From the NCBI GenBank assembly GCA_965140415.1, contig OZ223209.1, positions 4,736,001 through 4,800,000 on the forward strand: DNA of 64,000 nt. The letters run 5' to 3'. The notes beneath the pieces are model-generated. The model saw nothing but the letters and a program-made list of their open reading frames with translations. It was not told the DNA's origin and did no database searches. This DNA is from Myxococcota bacterium (GTDB taxonomy: Bacteria; Myxococcota_A; SURF-8). Positions 39,375 to 49,281 of this stretch are shown piece by piece (the stretch's first letter is position 1; the number at the start of each line of letters is the position of its first letter). The position numbers were made by a program, and so were the translations under genes.

Positions 39375-40589
39375 CTAGCGCTCGATATGCAGCAGCAATC
39401 CGAACAGATAGGCCCCTTCGGGATGGTAAAGACTGACCGGGTGGTCGCTGCCCGGTCCCAGGTGGCTTAGTACGCGCACGCGGCAGCCGTCTTCTTTGGC
39501 GGCGGAAAAGAGGATCTGTGTGAACAGGCGCTCGTCGATGAAAGGCGAGCAGGTAAAGGAAAAGAGATATCCATTGTCGATCAGCCCCATGGCGCGCCGG
39601 TTGATGTCCTTGTACGCTCGCGCGGCCTTGTCCACTTGATCGCGCCGTCTCGCAAAGGGTGGCGGATCACAGATCACGACATCAAAGCGTTCGCGATTTT
39701 CGGTGGCTTTAGGCAAGTAGCGTTTGACATCCTCTTTCAGGCTGATGGAATCGGAAGACGACAACTCGTTTAACGAGACATTCTCTTCCAGTAGCTCCAG
39801 TGCAGGGCCGCTGGAATCGACGCTGACGACCTGCCGCGCCCCGGTTTTCAACGCCGCCAGCGTGAAGCCGCCGGTATAGCAGAACAAGTTCAGTACGCGC
39901 AGCCCGGAACTCATGCGGCCCACCAGCGAGCGGTTATCGCGCTGATCGAGGAAAAAGCCGGTTTTCTGCCCGCCTTGCAGATCGACGGCATAGGCGATTC
40001 CGTTTTCCAGAATCGACACACGTTCCGGTGCCACCTCATCGAAAGTCCAGGATTTCCCTTCCAGGGTCATGCCTTCCAGCCGCACTGCGTCGGCTTCGAT
40101 GCGCAATTGAGCGGAATGCAGGGGCAGACCGTCCGTGCAAGCTTGCCGAAGCCATTCGACAACGTCATCCAGGCGCGTTTGCAGCCAGCGCGCCAAAGGC
40201 TGAATCACCAGATGCCCGGCGTAGTAATCTACGATCAGACCGGACAGACCGTCGCCTTCGCTGTTGATCAGACGTAGCGCGTCGGTGCATTGGGCATCGT
40301 AAAGGTTCATACGGAAGCGCACGGCACTGCTAATCCGCGCGCGCAGAATGTCCGATTCAGAAACAGCAGCGGTCCCGAAGTGCAGCAGTCGCACCCGAAT
40401 TCGGCTATCGGGATTGTAGAAGCCCTGTCCCAACGCCTGCCCTTTCGAATCGGCCACCGTCACCCAGTCACCGGCAGACGGATTTCCCTGAGCGCGTTCC
40501 ACACCACCGGAGAAAATCCACGGATGGAAGTTTCTGGCCGAGCGGTCGCGCTTGGCTTTCAGGTAGATCGTGGCTTGGGTATCGGTCAT
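39375..40589 (-). CDS. rlmI: 23S rRNA m5C1962 methyltransferase RlmI-like
   Basis: PUA-like HPWIFSG, NSEGDGLSGLIVD, GQKTGFFLDQRDNR, LNLFCYTGGF, DPPPF, DHPV. Confidence 0.85.
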   Translation of the reverse strand: MTDTQATIYLKAKRDRSARNFHPWIFSGGVERAQGNPSAGDWVTVADSKGQALGQGFYNPDSRIRVRLLHFGTAAVSESDILRARISSAVRFRMNLYDAQCTDALRLINSEGDGLSGLIVDYYAGHLVIQPLARWLQTRLDDVVEWLRQACTDGLPLHSAQLRIEADAVRLEGMTLEGKSWTFDEVAPERVSILENGIAYAVDLQGGQKTGFFLDQRDNRSLVGRMSSGLRVLNLFCYTGGFTLAALKTGARQVVSVDSSGPALELLEENVSLNELSSSDSISLKEDVKRYLPKATENRERFDVVICDPPPFARRRDQVDKAARAYKDINRRAMGLIDNGYLFSFTCSPFIDERLFTQILFSAAKEDGCRVRVLSHLGPGSDHPVSLYHPEGAYLFGLLLHIER

Positions 40590-40710
40590 GGCGGCTCCTT
40601 AAAACGGGAAAACGAAAAACGTGCGGAGTGTAGTTCATGCAGAAACGACATGCAAGTGGAATGCTGGGAAATATGGGAAACGGAAAACTTGCCAGTAATC
40701 CCAAAACGCA

Positions 40711-40741
40711 GAAAAGGCGGAGAGCCGCAGCCCTCCGCCTT
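40711..40741 (-). terminator. Intrinsic terminator after the penicillin acylase gene
   Basis: AAGGCGGAG/CTCCGCCTT stem with TTCT on the minus strand. Confidence 0.6.
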
Positions 40742-40764
40742 GTAGAAACGTGATAATGCTCAAG

Positions 40765-43521
40765 TTACGGAGTCAACGCGATCATCCTTTCGATGCCAAT
40801 CTGCTTGACCTTCTCCCAGTCAATTGAAAGTTCGATGCGGTCGTTATTCATCCACATTTCGTGCAGATCCAGGAAATGCTCCGAATCCATGCGCTCGTCG
40901 GTTCCGCCCGGCAGATGGAACCAGGTCGTGATGCCGTCGTCGGTCAGTTCGTGCACCATACGCATCGACGCACCGTGCGACCAGCCATAGCTTTCGGTTT
41001 CCGGGTTCATACCCACGCCGTAGCTGCCGACATTGACGGTATAGGGCCCGCCCTGCAAACCGAAGGGACCGGCATCGAAATCGGAGGTCATCCCGGCGCT
41101 GCCCAGCGGATTTTCCATCGTCAATGTGTGCACCCGTCCCCACAGGGCATCGCTTAACGAAGTCAAGCCAGCAAAGGTCGGATGGCTGAAGACGTCGTCC
41201 ACCGCCATTTCCAAGGAACGCGCCAGGATATCTTCGGCGGTTTCAGTAACGGCGTCGGTGGTGACATCGTCGAAGAAAACACTTTCACCTCCCGCCGATC
41301 CGATCGAACGCAACGCCGTCACAGTGGCTTTTACGCCAAAGCTGGATGGCAGCCCACTTAACCCCTTTTGCTGTAGCTCGTCAAAGAGCAGTTCCTTTTC
41401 GAAACGCACCATGAAGAAATTGAAATAGGTGGCCGAAGCCGCGCTGGCCAATTCATCCGCATCGGAAACGGCGGCGCTTCCGATTGGATCGCTCGGATCG
41501 ACGATGCCGCTGGCCATCTGATAATCCCAGCCCTGCAACATTGCCAGTCCCTGCTGGGCTTTGTCCGACAACGTGCTTCTGGTGGCCATGGCCGCCAGCA
41601 CCGGCGGCACGCAATCCGCCGCCCATTCCGAATAGACGCGGAACTGCAAGGCAGCTAAATCTTCCCAGTCGTAATCCTTGCCTAGAATGTCATCTTCCAG
41701 CCCGTGCTTGACGCCCAGCGCGCGGTACCCGACCGCCGCCTCGAAAAGATAGTACTGATCGTCGTTTAGAGGATCGTTGTCCAACACGGAGCCGGTCGGG
41801 TCGTTATTGGCGGTAATGATGTAGCCGCTGGCCGGGTTACGCTGTGAAGGCAACTCCGCTTCTGGAACGAAGCCGTTCCAACTATAAGTATCCGTGTCAC
41901 CAGGTTGCACCAACCAGGGCGGATGGGCCGTCAGATCACCGGTGCGCAGCGGCAGGTTGGCATGCGGGAAAACACCGATATCGTGATCGACGGTGGCGAA
42001 AAGATGATTTTGCGCGCCGACTTCGAATTTCTGCGCGGCGGCGAAGGCATCATCCATTGTTCCCGCCGTTTGCAGATCCATGAAGCATTCCAATTCGCCG
42101 GTCGCTTCCTGCCCGGTCCAACTGAATGAAATGGCGGTGCCGTTGACCGTGTCGAAGGTTTCCGGAACCAACGGTCCATGGTGTGGCACGAAGTACAATG
42201 GTGCTTCCTTGTACGTCGGTGGAGTCTGGTTGTGACCGTCGCGGAACTGATGCACCACCTCGATCACGTCCACCGTATTTCCATTGTAGGAAACGGAAAC
42301 AGGCTTGCCGTTACCATCGAAGGTGACGGTTTCCAGATATAGATCCAGCACGTCGAACATGGACGTGGTTTCACCCCAGGCCATGCGGTCATTACGCCCG
42401 ATCACCAATGACGGCGTTCCGGGGAAGGCCACGCCTGCTGTATGCCAACCATCCGATTCACCACCCATTTCCCGGATATCCACACTCACCGGCATGAAAA
42501 CCGCCGGGCTTTGCAGGGACAGGTGCGGATCGTTGCACAGATAGGTCACGCCGTTTTTGTCGTTCAATGCCCAACTGTTGCTGGCCCCCTTGCGGGCTAC
42601 GATTTCCATGCGCGAAGCATTCTCGACAAACGCCTTGCCGTTTTTCAACTGCTGCAAAAAGGCGGCCTTATCCGGGGCGATGGCCGCCGGGGCAGTGTGG
42701 AACACAGAGCGCTTTTTACTTGCCGTATTCCAATCCGGAATGATGGCAACCGGTGCCAGCGGTTGCGGGAAAATCAGTTGGTTGAACAGATCCGGTCCTA
42801 ACGCGGTGTAGAATTCGGTCAAGTTCAGTTCGTCGGAAAGGGTTTGGGATAGCAACCAGGTCTGATAGCGCGCAATCGAGATGGTGTCCAGCGGCTCCCA
42901 GTCGTTGGTCTGCGACGGCTTCTGGTTTACGAACATGAAGGTAAAGGGTTCAGGCCAGTCCGAATCGTCTTCCTTGTAACGTGCCAGACGCCGGTTGACA
43001 CCCTCCGCGTAGGCGTCGATCACACCTTTCAAGCGTGGGGTAAGGTTATCGTAAATAGCCTGTAAAACATCTTCGCCGTTACGGGTGGAAAAGATCATGC
43101 GGAAAAAGAGATCCTGATCGATCAATGCCTGGATCGCGCCCACAAGATCCGTCAGTCGTCCACGTGCGAACTTGCGCAGAAACTCCATTTCAAACATACG
43201 CTGATCCGCCTGGACATAACCCATCGCCAGTGCGGCATCCAGTTCGGTTTCCGCGTAAATATGAGGAATTCCGCTCTCGTCGAAAGCGACCGCCACATTG
43301 CCTGACAGTCCTTCGACAGTGTACTGCTCGTCAACAGACTGCCCCAGTATTTCCGTCAACGCTTCCGCATCTCCGTCGGTAGTATCGCCATCAACGGAGT
43401 CTCCATCCGTTGAATCGCCGTCGCTGCTGTCACCGTCCACCGGATCGCCGTCGCCGTCGGAGCAGCCGAATACCAGTAGCAGGCACAGTAGAAGCACCAG
43501 CAAGAAAAGAAACCTGTTCAT
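40765..43521 (-). CDS. Penicillin acylase (S45, Ntn-hydrolase) family lipoprotein
   Basis: Lipobox VFG-C, tandem DGD linker, DESGIPHIYA, GYVQADQR, GA|SNSW catalytic Ser, CNDPHL, HHGP, TANN. Confidence 0.92.
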   Translation of the reverse strand: MNRFLFLLVLLLCLLLVFGCSDGDGDPVDGDSSDGDSTDGDSVDGDTTDGDAEALTEILGQSVDEQYTVEGLSGNVAVAFDESGIPHIYAETELDAALAMGYVQADQRMFEMEFLRKFARGRLTDLVGAIQALIDQDLFFRMIFSTRNGEDVLQAIYDNLTPRLKGVIDAYAEGVNRRLARYKEDDSDWPEPFTFMFVNQKPSQTNDWEPLDTISIARYQTWLLSQTLSDELNLTEFYTALGPDLFNQLIFPQPLAPVAIIPDWNTASKKRSVFHTAPAAIAPDKAAFLQQLKNGKAFVENASRMEIVARKGASNSWALNDKNGVTYLCNDPHLSLQSPAVFMPVSVDIREMGGESDGWHTAGVAFPGTPSLVIGRNDRMAWGETTSMFDVLDLYLETVTFDGNGKPVSVSYNGNTVDVIEVVHQFRDGHNQTPPTYKEAPLYFVPHHGPLVPETFDTVNGTAISFSWTGQEATGELECFMDLQTAGTMDDAFAAAQKFEVGAQNHLFATVDHDIGVFPHANLPLRTGDLTAHPPWLVQPGDTDTYSWNGFVPEAELPSQRNPASGYIITANNDPTGSVLDNDPLNDDQYYLFEAAVGYRALGVKHGLEDDILGKDYDWEDLAALQFRVYSEWAADCVPPVLAAMATRSTLSDKAQQGLAMLQGWDYQMASGIVDPSDPIGSAAVSDADELASAASATYFNFFMVRFEKELLFDELQQKGLSGLPSSFGVKATVTALRSIGSAGGESVFFDDVTTDAVTETAEDILARSLEMAVDDVFSHPTFAGLTSLSDALWGRVHTLTMENPLGSAGMTSDFDAGPFGLQGGPYTVNVGSYGVGMNPETESYGWSHGASMRMVHELTDDGITTWFHLPGGTDERMDSEHFLDLHEMWMNNDRIELSIDWEKVKQIGIERMIALTP

Positions 43522-43680
43522 TGCCACCTCCCCAGTGAAGATTCCTCATTGGTCAAATTGTCGATTTACCAAGAGGAAGTGTACCCGATCAAAGGGCATA
43601 AGTCCAGTAGGCAATAAGTGAAGCTTTATGCTGGGTGTGTACTTCGTAAGATTAGGTTTACCATTAGAAGGACGAATCGT

Positions 43681-46482
43681 TTAGGAGCGCGAACCATCCA
43701 GCACATTACGAATTTTCTTTACCAAGTCCTGTGGAGTGTAGGGTTTGCCAATAAAATTCAACCCTTCTTCAAGTTCACCATTATGATGAGCAATGACATT
43801 TTCCGTGTAACCGGAGGTAAAGAGTACCTTAATATCCGGATGCCGCGCCAAAAAACTTTCCGCAAGATCTCGGCCATTCATAGCAGGCATAACGATGTCG
43901 GTCATCAGCAAGTCCGGTACAATCGAATGTTTTTCGCAATAGCTTAACGCATTGGGGCCATTGTCTGCCTGCACGACATTGTAGCCCTGCCGCTGCAAGA
44001 CTTTAACAGCGATATTGCGAACCATCGATTCATCTTCCACTACAAGAATGGTCTCCGTTCCACACGGCAAATCGCTGATGATCCCCAATCCTCGTTTGCC
44101 AACCTGGGTTCTTTCTCTGACCAGAGGGAAAAACACCTTGAACGTCGAACCTATACCCAACTCCGAATAGACTTCTATGTACCCTCCATGTTGTTTAACG
44201 ATTCCATAGATGGTCGCAAGTCCAAGACCAGTACCCTTGTTTTTGTCCTTGGTCGTAAAGAACGGCTCGAAAATGTTTCTTCTGGTCTCTTCGTCAATGC
44301 CAATTCCGTCATCCGTGACAGCCAGCATTACATATTTTCCGGGCTTAATATGCGGATAATTCCTGCAATAGTCTTCTCCCAGATCCACATCGGCAGTTTC
44401 GATGGTCAGTTTGCCGCCATTGGGCATGGCGTCTCTGGCGTTGACCGCCAGATTGACCAGGATCTGCTCTACCTGCCCCGGATCCGCCTTGATGCAGCCG
44501 AGAGGCTCCATGGGAATGAATGTAAGATTGACATCTTCTCCGATCAGGCGAACCAGCATTTTGTGCAGATGCTCGATCAAATTGTTCATGTTGATGATCT
44601 TCGGATCGATGATTTGCTTGCGACTAAAAGCCAATAGTTGACGAGTAAGAGAAGCCGCGCTCTCGGCTGCCTTATTTACTTCGGTTAACATGTCCACAAT
44701 CGGGTCGTCCGGGTTTGCGTCCATCAACGCGAGTTGAATATTCCCGGTAATGCCCGTCAGCAAGTTATTGAAGTCGTGGGCCACTCCACCAGCCAGACGA
44801 CCGATGGCTTCCATCTTCAGCGCTTGCTGGAGTTGAGCTTCGACAACAAGCTTCTGGGTCACATCTTTCTTGATCGCAACATAATTGACGATTTCCCCTT
44901 TTTTATTTAAAACAGGCGAGATCGTCGCTTCCTCATTATATTCTGTCCCATTTTTGCGCTTGTTGACAAATTTACCCTTCCAGACATCCCCATTGCGGAT
45001 CGTTTTCCAAAGATTCCGATAAAATTGCTGGTCGTGTTTTCCGCTCTTCAATATGCGAGGATTCTGCCCGATCGCCTCCTTGGCGCTATACCCTGTAACC
45101 TTTTCAAAAGCCGGATTTACATACTGGATCGCTCCGGATAGATCAGTGACAACAACCACTTCTGCGCTCTGCTCAATGGCGGCGAGAAGACGTTGCTTTT
45201 CCTGGTCAGCCGCCTTGCCCTTTGCAAGCATATCATTACCGGCTTCCGCTAAAGCACGGAATCCATCGTAACGTAATTGATCCACGGCAATCGGCTTGGC
45301 CTCTAAGCCGGCTTTCCGGAAAAAATGCCGAAATACATTCAATTCTTTTTGCAGGTTATTTGAGAAACGTATGGTAATCAGTAACGCGATCAAGAGCGCA
45401 AGAATCAGGATGATGCTTAAAACCAGTATGTTTTCCCATGTCGTCTGCCACAACTCCGCACGCTTTTCTGCGATGCCCGCTTCAATATCGTCCATATAAA
45501 CCCCGGTCCCTACCACCCAACCCCAGGGTTCAAAGGCTTTGGCATAGGCAAGTTTACGGACTTCCATGCCCGTGCTGGGTTTATACCAGACGTATTCGAT
45601 AAAACCGCCGCCGCGCTGAGCTTGCCGCTGTAATTCCTGATTGATCAAAACGCCATTGACATCTTTAAGATCCCAATAATTTGCGTCAGCAGCCTTGTTT
45701 TTAATGTTTTTTCCAACATGTGCAACATAGGTTCCGCCATATTTAAATGCAAACAGGTAGTTGTCTTTACCGTATCTCACATGGTCGAGCCACTCTGCCG
45801 CCTCTGCCTGAACTTGCGCCTCTACCTCATCGATGTACTCTCCTGTACCGATGAACCAATCGAGCGGCTCGAAATACTTGATGAAAGAAAGTTTTTGATA
45901 TCCCTTTCCTTCGGATTCGGGTTTGCTCCACGTGTAACCGTAGAACCCCTCCCCGGCCTCGGATTTTGCGATATCTATCATGTCGCGAATCACGAATTTG
46001 CCGGTTGTATCCCGCATCTCAAGAAGGTTTTTTCCTTCCATTTCCGGTCTGTCGGCAAATAGCTGTTCAATGCCATTTAGATCCGTTGCGAAAAAGTATC
46101 CTCTATTACTATTGTAACGGATTACGCGAAGCGCCTCCCGCACCATCGATCGGAGTTCTTTACCGGTCACCTTGTTTTTGTTCTGGTTATACAGTTCCGT
46201 GGCAATTGCGTGTGCGATGTAGACCTGCTCTTGCAGCATCGTTCTCATGCGCTCTTGAACTTTCATGTGATCGAATGAAAGACGCACGATGGCATGTTCG
46301 ATTTGTCCCTTTGTTGTCTGCTTGATTTGCTCTGTATAGGTGCGTTCATAGTTCAGGATGTCTTGCTGAAAACGAAGAATGGGAGGGAGCAGAAGTAATG
46401 CACCTAAGGGAATAACTAAAATGGCGATCAGAAGCACTGATTGCTTTAACACCGCCCGCGAAATTGTCTTTTTTACAGCCAT
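43681..46482 (-). CDS. Hybrid sensor kinase: two Cache domains, PAS, HisKA/HATPase, receiver
   Basis: TM-Cache-Cache-TM ([18 protein letters not shown]), [24 protein letters not shown], receiver [15 protein letters not shown]. Start may be 46518. Confidence 0.93.
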   Translation of the reverse strand: MAVKKTISRAVLKQSVLLIAILVIPLGALLLLPPILRFQQDILNYERTYTEQIKQTTKGQIEHAIVRLSFDHMKVQERMRTMLQEQVYIAHAIATELYNQNKNKVTGKELRSMVREALRVIRYNSNRGYFFATDLNGIEQLFADRPEMEGKNLLEMRDTTGKFVIRDMIDIAKSEAGEGFYGYTWSKPESEGKGYQKLSFIKYFEPLDWFIGTGEYIDEVEAQVQAEAAEWLDHVRYGKDNYLFAFKYGGTYVAHVGKNIKNKAADANYWDLKDVNGVLINQELQRQAQRGGGFIEYVWYKPSTGMEVRKLAYAKAFEPWGWVVGTGVYMDDIEAGIAEKRAELWQTTWENILVLSIILILALLIALLITIRFSNNLQKELNVFRHFFRKAGLEAKPIAVDQLRYDGFRALAEAGNDMLAKGKAADQEKQRLLAAIEQSAEVVVVTDLSGAIQYVNPAFEKVTGYSAKEAIGQNPRILKSGKHDQQFYRNLWKTIRNGDVWKGKFVNKRKNGTEYNEEATISPVLNKKGEIVNYVAIKKDVTQKLVVEAQLQQALKMEAIGRLAGGVAHDFNNLLTGITGNIQLALMDANPDDPIVDMLTEVNKAAESAASLTRQLLAFSRKQIIDPKIINMNNLIEHLHKMLVRLIGEDVNLTFIPMEPLGCIKADPGQVEQILVNLAVNARDAMPNGGKLTIETADVDLGEDYCRNYPHIKPGKYVMLAVTDDGIGIDEETRRNIFEPFFTTKDKNKGTGLGLATIYGIVKQHGGYIEVYSELGIGSTFKVFFPLVRERTQVGKRGLGIISDLPCGTETILVVEDESMVRNIAVKVLQRQGYNVVQADNGPNALSYCEKHSIVPDLLMTDIVMPAMNGRDLAESFLARHPDIKVLFTSGYTENVIAHHNGELEEGLNFIGKPYTPQDLVKKIRNVLDGSRS

Positions 46483-46731
46483 CGCGTTTTCTTCAATATC
46501 ACGAGATTCAACAATCACTTTCGCTGCAAAACGCAGCTACAAAACGAGCTTTCACACAGATTTCACATGGATAGAGTCCGCCAGAAGCAGATATCAGAAA
46601 AGGCTAATAGAGCATTGGCAAAGTATTAGCGGCTTCCACCGGGTAAACGGCTTTTTGTTTTTTTTTCCCAAAAAGCATAACATGAGGACGAACAACACCA
46701 GCACTATAACAAAACGGGGGAATTTTGCAAG

Positions 46732-46764
46732 CAATTTCAACCTGACTGTCAATTTCAACCTGAC
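46732..46764. promoter_or_regulatory. 15-bp perfect direct repeat in a divergent promoter region
   Basis: CAATTTCAACCTGAC at 46732-46746 and 46750-46764. Confidence 0.5.
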
Positions 46765-46973
46765 AACTATTCAATGAAAGGACGCTGTGACGCACCCATT
46801 GTTTGATCGTCACCTTGAAAGCTTTCTAACGATATGATATGGAAATTGGGGTTATAATTGGAGTGGAGTTGCTCTCTCTATCGTCGGAAACCCGGCAAGG
46901 CGGCTCTTCGATTTCGATCCGGGCACGTCTGACAATTCGACGATCGAGCGTGCATGCACGCGATGAGGAAAAC

Positions 46974-47786
46974 ATGAACGCGAAAACCTATATGGAACAA
47001 TTGCGTATGGCGTTTTATCTAACCGAGCCTGCCATCGCTCACGCAATGGACGCCATGCAATTCAACACGAATTGCAGCGGGTTGGATGTCGGTTGTGGTA
47101 TCGGACTGCACACGCGCATGCTGGCGCAACGCATCGCTCCCAATGGACATGTAACCGGTTTGGATCTTTCCGAGGAACACCTGGCCAGCGCCAGCAAGTA
47201 TCTACAACAATCCCCTTATGCCGGGCAAGCCGAGTTCGTTCATGGCGATCTATTGCAGCTTCCGTTCGAAGACAATCAATTCGACTGGGTCTGGTGCTCG
47301 GACACGCTGTGGCCGCACGCCGTCGCCCAAGACCCGGTCTCGGCGGTTCGCGAACTTGTTCGGGTAATCAAGCCCGGCGGCTGGCTGAATCTTCTGTTCT
47401 GGTCGGCTCAACAACTATTACCCGGCTATCCTAAACTGGAAGCACGACTACAACAGGCTTTTACACAGAATGTCCCCTACTTTCAAGGGGATTCGCCGAT
47501 TCTGCATCACATGCGCGCCCAGAACTGGTTGATGGCAGCCGGATGCGAGCAAGTCCAGGCGCACAGCCACGTCGCCAATATCCAGTCGCCGCTCGATTCG
47601 CGCCGCTGGTCGGCTTTGCCGGTGATGTTCAACATGCTCTGGGGAAACTTGCAGGAAAGTCTTTCGGAAGAAGACTGGAACGATTACACCAGTTTATGCG
47701 ACCAGCAATCCCCAATGTTCATCCTGGACAACACCGACTACTACGGCTTTATCGTGTACAGCAGTTTCACCGGAATCGTAAAGTAA
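46974..47786 (+). CDS. UbiE-like class I SAM-dependent methyltransferase
   Basis: GLDVGCGIG, VTGLDLS, GDLLQLPFEDNQFDWV, RVIKPGG. GAGGA SD before ATG 46974. Confidence 0.88.
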   Translation: MNAKTYMEQLRMAFYLTEPAIAHAMDAMQFNTNCSGLDVGCGIGLHTRMLAQRIAPNGHVTGLDLSEEHLASASKYLQQSPYAGQAEFVHGDLLQLPFEDNQFDWVWCSDTLWPHAVAQDPVSAVRELVRVIKPGGWLNLLFWSAQQLLPGYPKLEARLQQAFTQNVPYFQGDSPILHHMRAQNWLMAAGCEQVQAHSHVANIQSPLDSRRWSALPVMFNMLWGNLQESLSEEDWNDYTSLCDQQSPMFILDNTDYYGFIVYSSFTGIVK

Positions 47787-47795
47787 CCCGCTCTG

Positions 47796-48806
47796 CTAGG
47801 GTCCGACCTTTCCCTGCACCTGGTACTTTCTAACCGCTCTGGCGTGCTCGGCCAACGACTTGCTGAAGGTGTGGTGCCCATTGTTCATGGAAACGAAATA
47901 GAGATATTTTGTCTGCGGCGGATTGGCCGCACCTTTGATAGCTCCCAAACCGGGATTGCAGATCGGCGTGGGTGGCAGCCCCTTGCGGGTGTAAGTGTTC
48001 CAGGGATGATCTGTCTGCAAGTGTTTGCGAGTCAGGTTGCCGTCGAAATTCTTGACTCCGTAAATCACGGTCGGGTCCATCTGCAACAGCATTCCAAGTC
48101 GCAGCCGGTTATGAATCACCGAGCCGACCAATGGGTATTCTTCCGGACCGCCGCTTTCCTTTTCGATGATACTGGCCGCCACCAGCATCTGATAGGGTGT
48201 CATTCCTTTTCGTTCGGCCTGCTTTAGCAACTCGGGCGTGACCTGCTTGTCGAAATTGTCCAGCATCAGGCGCACGATCTGATCCGCATTGATTCCCTTC
48301 TTGATTGTATACGTATCGGGAAAGAGATAGCCTTCCAGGCTTTTTACGTTTCGTTGCTGTAGCAGTTTGGGGTCACTGACAGCGCGTAAAAACTCGGCTG
48401 CCGTCACGATTCCCTGCTCCTGCAAAGAAACCGCAATTTCATCGATGCGCAAGCCTTCCGGAATGGTAAAGGAATAGCTCTTCACTTTGCCTTGCGCCAT
48501 CGCGCGTAGCAAATCAAGAGGAGACTGCTTGGGGGACAGCACATACTCGCCTGCCTGAACGGCTGCAACGCTCTCACCCACTTTTCCGACATAGCGGATA
48601 TAGGAGCTATCTACGATCAGATTCTTGGCAACCAGGATTTTCAATGCGCCGCGTACGCTGGTACCCGGCGGCAGATCGACGGTGACTTCCGCTCCCTCTC
48701 CCTTCGGCGTGATCAACCAACTCTGCATACTCTGATATTCGTTCAGAATGTAACCGCCAACAACGAGGATCGCGGCCAGCATTCCGATTGCCAACATTCG
48801 CCACAT
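47796..48806 (-). CDS. mltG: Endolytic transglycosylase MltG
   Basis: QAGEY, TIPEG, LEGYLFPDTY, ASIIEKE, NRL..GMLLQMDPTVIYG, NTY..KGLPPTPICNPG, YLYFV. Confidence 0.96.
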   Translation of the reverse strand: MWRMLAIGMLAAILVVGGYILNEYQSMQSWLITPKGEGAEVTVDLPPGTSVRGALKILVAKNLIVDSSYIRYVGKVGESVAAVQAGEYVLSPKQSPLDLLRAMAQGKVKSYSFTIPEGLRIDEIAVSLQEQGIVTAAEFLRAVSDPKLLQQRNVKSLEGYLFPDTYTIKKGINADQIVRLMLDNFDKQVTPELLKQAERKGMTPYQMLVAASIIEKESGGPEEYPLVGSVIHNRLRLGMLLQMDPTVIYGVKNFDGNLTRKHLQTDHPWNTYTRKGLPPTPICNPGLGAIKGAANPPQTKYLYFVSMNNGHHTFSKSLAEHARAVRKYQVQGKVGP

Positions 48807-48829
48807 CGATCTGTTCCTTACTGTCTGTT

Positions 48830-49249
48830 TTATCCTTTATTCGAGCGGTGATCCAGAAAGCCTTGCAGCATATACGCCGCCGCCACCTTATCGATAACGT
48901 TTTTGCGCTTGTCGCGCCGCACATCACCTTCCAGTAACGCTCGTTCCGCCGCCACCGTCGTCAGGCGTTCGTCCCAGGCATGAATCGGCAACTCGAAACG
49001 CACCTGTAGTTTTTCGATCAACTGTCGCGATTCGAGCGCCTTGGGGCCTTCGCTGCCATCCATGTTCAATGGCAGACCAACCACGATTTCAGAGACGTTG
49101 TGCTCCTCGATCAACTGGGCGATTCGGTCCAGTTCTTCCCCGACTTTACCGACACGTACGACTTCCAAAGGTTGAGCCGTCCAGCCCATGGCATCCGATA
49201 ACGCAACGCCCAGCCGCACCGTTCCGGGGTCCAAACCCAATACTCTCAT
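48830..49249 (-). CDS. ruvX: YqgF/RuvX putative pre-16S rRNA nuclease
   Basis: LGLDPGTVRLGVALSD, VVGLPLNMDG, WDERLTT, IDKVAA..MLQGFL. Confidence 0.95.
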   Translation of the reverse strand: MRVLGLDPGTVRLGVALSDAMGWTAQPLEVVRVGKVGEELDRIAQLIEEHNVSEIVVGLPLNMDGSEGPKALESRQLIEKLQVRFELPIHAWDERLTTVAAERALLEGDVRRDKRKNVIDKVAAAYMLQGFLDHRSNKG

Positions 49250-49281
49250 CTATCGCCTCCGGTCTTGCTCGCGAATGTCCG

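Noticed and set aside
46880-46944. Assignment as a SAM-I, SAM-II or c-di-GMP riboswitch
   Set aside because: Only short partial resemblance, and the defining conserved nucleotides are missing. Kept as an unassigned candidate.
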